A DNA stretch of 64,000 nucleotides from Vulcanimicrobiota bacterium. GTDB lineage: Bacteria > Vulcanimicrobiota > Vulcanimicrobiia > Vulcanimicrobiales > Vulcanimicrobiaceae. The position numbers were made by a program, and so were the translations under genes. The first letter of the stretch is position 1; every line of letters begins with the position of its first letter. The DNA is taken from positions 32,001-96,000 of the forward strand of contig CAWHWQ010000005.1 of assembly GCA_963833095.1 (NCBI GenBank). The letters run 5' to 3'. This document shows, one piece after another, positions 58,502 through 64,000 of the stretch. The notes beneath the pieces were generated by a model. That model was not told the DNA's origin. It saw only the letters and a program-made list of their open reading frames with translations, and did not search any database.

Positions 58502-59551
58502 ATGAATCGCACTCAAGTTGCGATTGCTAGCCTCGTGCTAGCAGCGTTCGCAATTCTTATACCGGCGACCGCGTCGGCAGCCCAGCAACGCTGGACTCTG
58601 GATATTAGTCCGGTGTACTTCCAGGATAATACCGGCGACTCACAAGCCCCGCCGCTGGGGCCGAATTACACGCCGCTCTATTGCCCGAACGGTTCGTCGG
58701 CGTGTCCGTCGTACGGCTATCCGCAGACCACGCGAAACTTTCGGCTCGACTACGACCTGACGTACCAGCTCAATCGCCGGTGGAGCCTGAATTACTCCCA
58801 CGCCAACTTCGACTTCACCCTCGGCCGTCTCTCGACGGTTCCGACGGGGCTCCCCGTGGGGTACCCGCAAAATTTCTCGGCGCTCACGGGCAGCATCAAC
58901 GACATAACCGATCAAGGGACGGTATCCTACGCTGCAGGCCACGGACTTACGCTCACCGCGTTCTACGCCAGCCACCAGCGCTCGCAGATCACTGCGACGA
59001 ACCTCTACGGCCCGTGCTACTTCAACTCGGTCCAATGCGTCGGCAATACGTCAAACCCGTCGAGCATTAACTCGAATTACTGGGGCGTAACTGGAACGTA
59101 TTCGTTTGGACCGCACACCGCGTATGAGCCGCCGATGTTCAAGGTCGGCGCACAGATCAACTACTATCCGCGCCCGTCAGCCGGTAACTGTGGCACCGCG
59201 CTTGCGCAGGCGGCCTGCGGCAGCAACGGCATCAACGGTTATGTCGGAAGCGGCACGACCTATCCGTGGTCGTTCACCTTCTTCCCGTTCTCGAATTCGC
59301 ATCTGCTGCAACCGGGCACGATCCCGTTCATCGGATACGAAGCTGCCAGCGTGTGGTTCCATGGTGAGAACACGCCGGAAACCTACAACGTCGTCGATGC
59401 GGGCATCGTACAGATTCTCCCGCACGGGCTTTCGCTGAGCTACACCTACTTCAAGCTCAACGGCCGCCAATCGAGCGACACGGTTCCCCCGCCGGATACG
59501 ATCCGCTCGGCAACCAGCATCGTCAAACTGACCTACGCACTCCACTTCTAA
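58502..59551 (+). CDS. Putative outer-membrane beta-barrel protein with three Cys-pair loops
   Basis: GGAGG RBS; signal peptide ending ASA; alternating strands (FRLDYDLTYQL, WSLNYSH); C-terminal LTYALHF. Confidence 0.62.
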   Translation: MNRTQVAIASLVLAAFAILIPATASAAQQRWTLDISPVYFQDNTGDSQAPPLGPNYTPLYCPNGSSACPSYGYPQTTRNFRLDYDLTYQLNRRWSLNYSHANFDFTLGRLSTVPTGLPVGYPQNFSALTGSINDITDQGTVSYAAGHGLTLTAFYASHQRSQITATNLYGPCYFNSVQCVGNTSNPSSINSNYWGVTGTYSFGPHTAYEPPMFKVGAQINYYPRPSAGNCGTALAQAACGSNGINGYVGSGTTYPWSFTFFPFSNSHLLQPGTIPFIGYEAASVWFHGENTPETYNVVDAGIVQILPHGLSLSYTYFKLNGRQSSDTVPPPDTIRSATSIVKLTYALHF

Positions 59552-59571
59552 CCGAGAAGCGGATACATGAA

Positions 59572-59611
59572 AGAAGCCCCGATCGTTCGATCGGGGCTTC
59601 TCTTCTTTTGT
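59572..59611 (+). terminator. Intrinsic terminator
   Basis: AGAAGCCCCGATCG-TT-CGATCGGGGCTTCT followed by a T-rich tail. Confidence 0.82.
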
Positions 59612-59657
59612 TTTGTCATCCCGAGCGGAGGCACGTAGCGCCGAAGTCGAGGGACCG
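59612..59657 (+). repeat. REP-like palindromic element, second copy
   Basis: TTTGTCATCCCGAGCG-GAGGCACGTAGCGC-CGAAGTCGAGGGACCG; both 16-bp ends are identical to 12977-13016. Confidence 0.75.
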
Positions 59658-59660
59658 TCT

Positions 59661-59780
59661 TACGTCCTTGCCTTCGACATTCGGCCTCACTAAGCGCCTC
59701 GCGTCTCGCACAAAGCTACATTGTCAGGGTGCTCGCCGCTCGGCTAACCCGTTCAGCCGAACGTCGAAGGCAAGGACGTG
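59661..59780. repeat. 120-nt element bounded by 25-bp inverted repeats (structured RNA or MITE)
   Basis: 59661-59685 TACGTCCTTGCCTTCGACATTCGGC matches the reverse complement of 59756-59780 at 23 of 25 positions. Confidence 0.7.
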
Positions 59781-59787
59781 CAAGGGT

Positions 59788-60396
59788 TTACAGAAGTCCC
59801 GCTTCCCTAGCTCGCGATATCGCTTCGACCCGATTGCGCGCATCGAGTTTTTGCATGAGATTGCGCAGATACGCTTTGACCGTATTCGGACTGAGGTGCA
59901 TCGCTTGCGCAATTTCGTGATTCGTTTCACCGATCGCAACGCGCCGCAGCACGTCATATTCTCTGCGCCCAACCATGGTACGCGCTCGATTGGGAATCGA
60001 ATGCCCTAGGCCGGCCGTTTCTTCACCGCGCATCGCGCCCACGATGACTGCGGCGAGATCGGTGCGCGCGGCGTCCTTGGCGACGATTCCACAGGCGCCG
60101 GCCTCGAGCGCAGCGCAGACCGCGGGATGATCCGGATACGCCGTAAAGATCACGATGCGCGCGTCGGGCACGGCGCGACGCAGCATGCCGATGAGTTCGG
60201 GTGCGAGCATATCGGGGAGTCGCAGATCGCATAAGATGACGTGCGGCGCCGCCGATTCCACCAGCTCGACCGCGGCCTTGCCGCTGGAGGCATAGCCAAC
60301 GAGTTCGATCCGCCGGTTCGACGTCGCCAGCAACGCCACACCGTCGCGAACGACCGGATGATCGTCGATGACGAGAAGGCGAATCGGCGCGAGCAT
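59788..60396 (-). CDS. NarL/LuxR family response regulator
   Basis: LVIDDHPVVRDG and CDLRLPD (receiver); GETNHEIAQAMHLSPNTVKAYLRNLMQKL (HTH). Confidence 0.92.
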   Translation of the reverse strand: MLAPIRLLVIDDHPVVRDGVALLATSNRRIELVGYASSGKAAVELVESAAPHVILCDLRLPDMLAPELIGMLRRAVPDARIVIFTAYPDHPAVCAALEAGACGIVAKDAARTDLAAVIVGAMRGEETAGLGHSIPNRARTMVGRREYDVLRRVAIGETNHEIAQAMHLSPNTVKAYLRNLMQKLDARNRVEAISRAREAGLL

Positions 60397-60407
60397 GGTC
60401 GAGGTAT

Positions 60408-61565
60408 TCAATTTCGCACCCAAACGCGGAAGGTCGTGCCGCCCTCGGGATTGTCGGTGAGCAGCAAGCTGCCGCCGACGCTCGCCAGCGCATGTTCGAT
60501 CGCGTCGAGTCCAAAGCCGTGGTCGCGTTCGGCGTTATGCACGAGTTCGCCGCCGGTCCCAACGCCATCGTCGGTAATTGCAAGCGTCACGCCGTTGCCT
60601 TGCGAGCCGACGGTCACGACGACATTGCCGGCTTGCGCGTGTTTTTCGATATTGAGCAGCCCCTCTTTGGCCGCGGCGATCAGCACGCGAACGGCCGAAT
60701 CACCCAGACGCGGGAGCACGTCGAGCATCACCAGATTCGCTTTGATGGCCGTGCGCACTTCGAAATGATGGATTGCGGCCTGGAGCGCCGAACCGAGCGC
60801 CAGCTGGTCAGCCGGCGTGGCCAGCGCGCGCAACGAATCGCGCAGCATCGTTGCCGCCTCCTTGGCCTGGCTCTCGATCGTGCGCAGGCGCGCGCGCAGA
60901 TCGCCGTCGAGAACGGTATCGTTCACGCTGCGAACACCCGCAGTAATGGCAAAGAGCATCGCGCCGACGGTATCGTGCAGGTCGAGCGCCATGCGCTGGC
61001 GCTCCTCTTGAATCGCGGCGGCAGAGCGCCGCTGCGCTTGCGCGGCGACGTTGAGCGCTTGTGCTGTGCGCTCGGCGACTGTTTCGATGAGCGTTGCCGC
61101 GCCGTCGCCGAAGGTCGTGCCGGCGCGCGACCCGCCCATGAGGACGCCTTCAACCATCCCGTCGTACTGAATCGGCGTGCCGATGATACCTTGCAGGCGT
61201 TCGGCGACGATCGTGCGATCGTAGTGGTGCGTGATATCGCGAGAGGCGAGGTACTGATCGACGCAGACCGTCTTTCCGAGCGCGAAGACTTTGCCGCCAA
61301 GTCCCCTGCCTCGTTGGAGTACCATATCTTGGATCGCAGAGAGCATCTGCGCGCCGTAGCGAATAACGACGGTGTCTTCATCTGTTCGCTCGGCGAACCA
61401 AGCGCAGTTGAAGCCAACCTCCTCAGTGAGGATGCGTGTCGCCTCGTGCAAGATCGCGTCCCGGTCGAGAACCGAGACCAATCGAGCGACTTCACGTTCC
61501 AAATGAGCGAGTTCGTCCGCTGCCAACCGTATCCGGGAGCGGAAACCATGTGTAACTCGGTCCAT
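60408..61565 (-). CDS. Cytoplasmic GAF-domain sensor histidine kinase (HisKA_3)
   Basis: GRGLGGKV GAF motif; EERQRMALDLHDTVG, EGLLNIEKHA, DDGVG and GFGL motifs; no TM helices seen. Confidence 0.9.
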   Translation of the reverse strand: MDRVTHGFRSRIRLAADELAHLEREVARLVSVLDRDAILHEATRILTEEVGFNCAWFAERTDEDTVVIRYGAQMLSAIQDMVLQRGRGLGGKVFALGKTVCVDQYLASRDITHHYDRTIVAERLQGIIGTPIQYDGMVEGVLMGGSRAGTTFGDGAATLIETVAERTAQALNVAAQAQRRSAAAIQEERQRMALDLHDTVGAMLFAITAGVRSVNDTVLDGDLRARLRTIESQAKEAATMLRDSLRALATPADQLALGSALQAAIHHFEVRTAIKANLVMLDVLPRLGDSAVRVLIAAAKEGLLNIEKHAQAGNVVVTVGSQGNGVTLAITDDGVGTGGELVHNAERDHGFGLDAIEHALASVGGSLLLTDNPEGGTTFRVWVRN

Positions 61566-61597
61566 CAAGCTTTCATCCGGCTTCGCCCGGCCAAAAC

Positions 61598-61615
61598 TAT
61601 GTCCTTTTGGGTGTA
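61598..61615 (+). promoter_or_regulatory. 7-4-7 response-regulator box, copy 3 (upstream of the ABC binding protein)
   Basis: TATGTCC-TTTT-GGGTGTA; GATACT 22 nt downstream. Confidence 0.65.
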
Positions 61616-61690
61616 ATCGCAATGGCGCTAGGTTTGCGATACTCAGGTGCAGCGTGCGCCGCACTCGGCGCAGAAGAGAGGACTTTGCTT

Positions 61691-62878
61691 ATGATTTCGC
61701 ATCGCATCACGCGGGCCGCAGCGTGCTGCGCGCTCGTGCTTGCGCTTGGAGGCGCAAGCCTTGCGCCGGTCGCTGCCGCCGGGAGCGACGTCAAGGTCGC
61801 TTTGGTCACGTCGAAAACCGGGCTGCTCGGCGCCTACGGGAACGAGTTTCTCCGCGGGTTCACGGTTGGATTGAACTACGCCACGCATGGAACCGGCGTC
61901 GCCGGCGGCCACAAAATCGTGGTCTCCGATTACGATGACGCGGGCGATGCCGCCAAGGCAATCGCGACGACCAAAGATCTGATCGGCCAGGGCTACAAGA
62001 TCATCGCAGGCACCGTCTGGTCAGGTATCGCCGTGCAGATCGCGCCGCTCGCGCAGGAGAACAACATTCTCTATATGCCGCTTGCGGCCACCGACGCGCT
62101 TACCGGCATCAATCGAAACACCGTGCGCGTCGGACGCGAAAGCATCCAGGATCTCCTGACGGTCGGCACGATGCTCGGCACGAACCTACGCGGCAAACGC
62201 ATCTTGGTGATCGCACAAGACTCGGCATTCGGTCAAGCCAACGTCGCGGGCGCTCGTTTGGTGCTCGGCGGTGAAGGCGCAACCGTCAATGGTCTGCTCG
62301 TGCCGCTCTCGGCCAACGACTTCACGCCCTTCGCGCAGAAAGTCCTCGACGCCAAGCCCGATCTGCTCTTTGTGGCCTGGGCCGGCGCAAGCGGCGTGGC
62401 GCTGATGCAGTCGCTGCAAGCTGCGGGCGTTCTTGATAACACGCCCGTCGCGACCGGCTTGGATCAACGTGCCGGCTTCCCGCTCTTCGCCAAAGAAACG
62501 AAGATCCAGTACATCGCGCTGTATGTGCCCGAGTGCTCGAAGTCGGCTCCCAACGAGTTCCTGATCAAAGCCGACCAAAAAGATTTGGGCAAGCTGCCGG
62601 AAGATTTTGAGAATGACGGTTTCGTGGCGGCTGAAATGATCGTTCATGCGGTAGCCTCCGCCAACGGTGACGACGTGCCGAAGATGATTTCGTCACTCGA
62701 GGGCTACAAGTTCACCGGGCCAAAGGGACCGGAGCAAATTCGTGCAGCCGACCACGCGCTGCTCGAGCCGATGTTCATCGCAAAGCTCGAGACCAAAGGC
62801 TCGAACGTCTACCCCGTGTGCTTGCGGACGCTTCCACCGAGCGCGGTCGCGCCGCCCGTACGCCCATTTAAACAGTAA
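61691..62878 (+). CDS. ABC substrate-binding protein (Leu/Ile/Val-binding family)
   Basis: Signal peptide; SKTGLLGAYG, DDAGDAAKA, QDSAFG and FTGPKGPEQIRAADH motifs. Confidence 0.88.
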   Translation: MISHRITRAAACCALVLALGGASLAPVAAAGSDVKVALVTSKTGLLGAYGNEFLRGFTVGLNYATHGTGVAGGHKIVVSDYDDAGDAAKAIATTKDLIGQGYKIIAGTVWSGIAVQIAPLAQENNILYMPLAATDALTGINRNTVRVGRESIQDLLTVGTMLGTNLRGKRILVIAQDSAFGQANVAGARLVLGGEGATVNGLLVPLSANDFTPFAQKVLDAKPDLLFVAWAGASGVALMQSLQAAGVLDNTPVATGLDQRAGFPLFAKETKIQYIALYVPECSKSAPNEFLIKADQKDLGKLPEDFENDGFVAAEMIVHAVASANGDDVPKMISSLEGYKFTGPKGPEQIRAADHALLEPMFIAKLETKGSNVYPVCLRTLPPSAVAPPVRPFKQ

Positions 62879-62885
62879 AGGAAAC

Positions 62886-63644
62886 GTGGAGCAAACCTGC
62901 GCTATTCGGACTGACGCCTTAAGCTATCGAATCGGCGGCGTCTCGATCATCAACGACGTATCACTCGAGGTACGTGACGGCGAATTTCTCGTCGTGATCG
63001 GACCGAATGGCGCAGGGAAAACCACCCTGGTCAACCTGCTCTCCGGTGTCGCGCGTCCAACGCAGGGCGCCATCTACCTCTACGATTCCGATGTCACCCA
63101 CGCGGCGCCTTATGAGCGCGCTCGGCGCGGACTGGGACGTACCTTTCAAACGTCGAGCGTCTTTTTGTCGCTGAGCACCCTTGAAAATGTGCGACTCGCC
63201 GCGCAAGCGCATCTCGGCGGATCGGGCGCGGTATGGCGCTTAGCCGATTCGAATCGCGTAGCCCTAGAACAAGCTCGCGCTGCGCTCGAATCCGTGGGCT
63301 TGACGCAACGCATGCGCGTCCCGGCTGCGGCGCTCTCGCATGGTGAGAAGCGCAAACTCGATCTGGCAATTCTCTTGTGCCTCGAACCGCGTGTGATCGT
63401 GCTCGACGAGCCGACCGCCGGCATGGCCGTCGAAGACGTCCCCGAAATTCTTTCACTCGTTTCGTCAATGCACCGCGAACGCAACGCGACCGTGATCATG
63501 GTCGAGCATCGTCTCGATCTGGTTTCGCAGCTCGCCGATCGCATGGCCGTGATGCATCATGGATCGCTCTTGGCGATCGATACGCCGCAGCGAGTCATCG
63601 CTAACGAAACGGTTCAAACCGCTTACCTTGGAGACCCCTTGTGA
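62886..63644 (+). CDS. ABC ATP-binding protein (LivG-like)
   Basis: GPNGAGKTT, LGRTFQ, LSHGEKRKL and VQTAYLG motifs. Confidence 0.9.
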   Translation: MEQTCAIRTDALSYRIGGVSIINDVSLEVRDGEFLVVIGPNGAGKTTLVNLLSGVARPTQGAIYLYDSDVTHAAPYERARRGLGRTFQTSSVFLSLSTLENVRLAAQAHLGGSGAVWRLADSNRVALEQARAALESVGLTQRMRVPAAALSHGEKRKLDLAILLCLEPRVIVLDEPTAGMAVEDVPEILSLVSSMHRERNATVIMVEHRLDLVSQLADRMAVMHHGSLLAIDTPQRVIANETVQTAYLGDPL

Positions 63645-64000
63645 CGTCGCCCCTTCTGGACGTGCGCGATCTCGACGTGCGCATCGGCCAGTCGCACATT
63701 CTGCATCACATTTCATTCACGGTTCGCAGCGGCGGCATCACCGGTCTACTCGGTCGCAACGGCGTCGGAAAAACCACGACGCTACGCGGCATCCTCGGGC
63801 TTGCCGATCGCACCGGCAGCATCACGATGGAAGGCGCGCCGATCGGCACGCTGCCTACGCACGAAATCGTGCAGCGCGGCATCGCCTACGTTCCCGAAGA
63901 CCGCGACGTCTTCGCCGGGCTCACCGTCGAGGAAAACCTGCGATTGGCGGAACGCCCCGGCAACGAGTTGCGCTACGACCTCGTGTACGATCTTTTTCCG
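63641..64000 (+). CDS. ABC ATP-binding protein (LivF-like), runs off the window end
   Basis: Manual translation MTSPLLDVRDLDVRIGQSHILH...GRNGVGKTTTLR...AYVPEDRDVF. Confidence 0.88.
   Translation, partial: MTSPLLDVRDLDVRIGQSHILHHISFTVRSGGITGLLGRNGVGKTTTLRGILGLADRTGSITMEGAPIGTLPTHEIVQRGIAYVPEDRDVFAGLTVEENLRLAERPGNELRYDLVYDLFP

Noticed and set aside
12958..59780. CRISPR array or retron ncRNA formed by the repeats
   Set aside because: Only two dispersed copies, no repeat-spacer periodicity, and no cas or reverse transcriptase gene
59608..60009. 133-aa ORF beginning MFCHPERR
   Set aside because: It is the translation of the REP-like repeat and inverted-repeat element, running antisense into the response regulator

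Overview
A high-GC bacterial chromosome segment. Gram-positive-style signals (Bacillus-like dapB-asd-aspartate kinase-dapA order, a CGAAC-N4-GTTCG LexA box, SigB/SigF-type promoters) occur together with outer-membrane beta-barrel-like proteins, which suggests a diderm Terrabacteria lineage such as Eremiobacterota; this is inference, not a database result. 1-12.8 kb is a housekeeping block: CMD and BKACE genes, two NDP-sugar pyrophosphorylases, WecB/TagA, dap/lys genes, pcrA and a GT4 pair. 12.9-13.8 kb holds an HNH nuclease with a LexA-box promoter and an in-frame REP-like insert, then tRNA-Gln and tRNA-Glu. 15.7-36.7 kb is a putative general-stress island: a rearranged, divergently transcribed actinobacterial-type cytochrome bcc-aa3 cluster converging on a nine-gene sugar-oxidation/quinone-reducing operon. 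GTTT-N15-17-GGGTA promoters precede that operon and the ctaE-qcr arm, and an RsbU-type phosphatase lies beside them. 36.8-50.6 kb has a desaturase, stomatin, DUF2254, a CYTH-like gene with a ChrA pair, a GNAT, and TetR with PimCD-like acyl-CoA dehydrogenases and a Liv-type ABC transporter. 50.6-56 kb has a BlaI/BlaR(Kelch) module with a porin-like gene and a MASE1-PAS-PP2C-kinase protein. 56-64 kb has a GAF kinase/NarL-type regulator whose regulon is suggested by three 7-4-7 boxes (bdhA, a Cys-loop porin, an ABC transporter), plus an unexplained 120-nt inverted-repeat element. Many genes at ~8 kb, 17-22 kb, 27.7-34.1 kb and 41 kb carry indel frameshifts that are most likely sequencing or consensus errors. 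I saw no CRISPR array, integrase, transposase or prophage.
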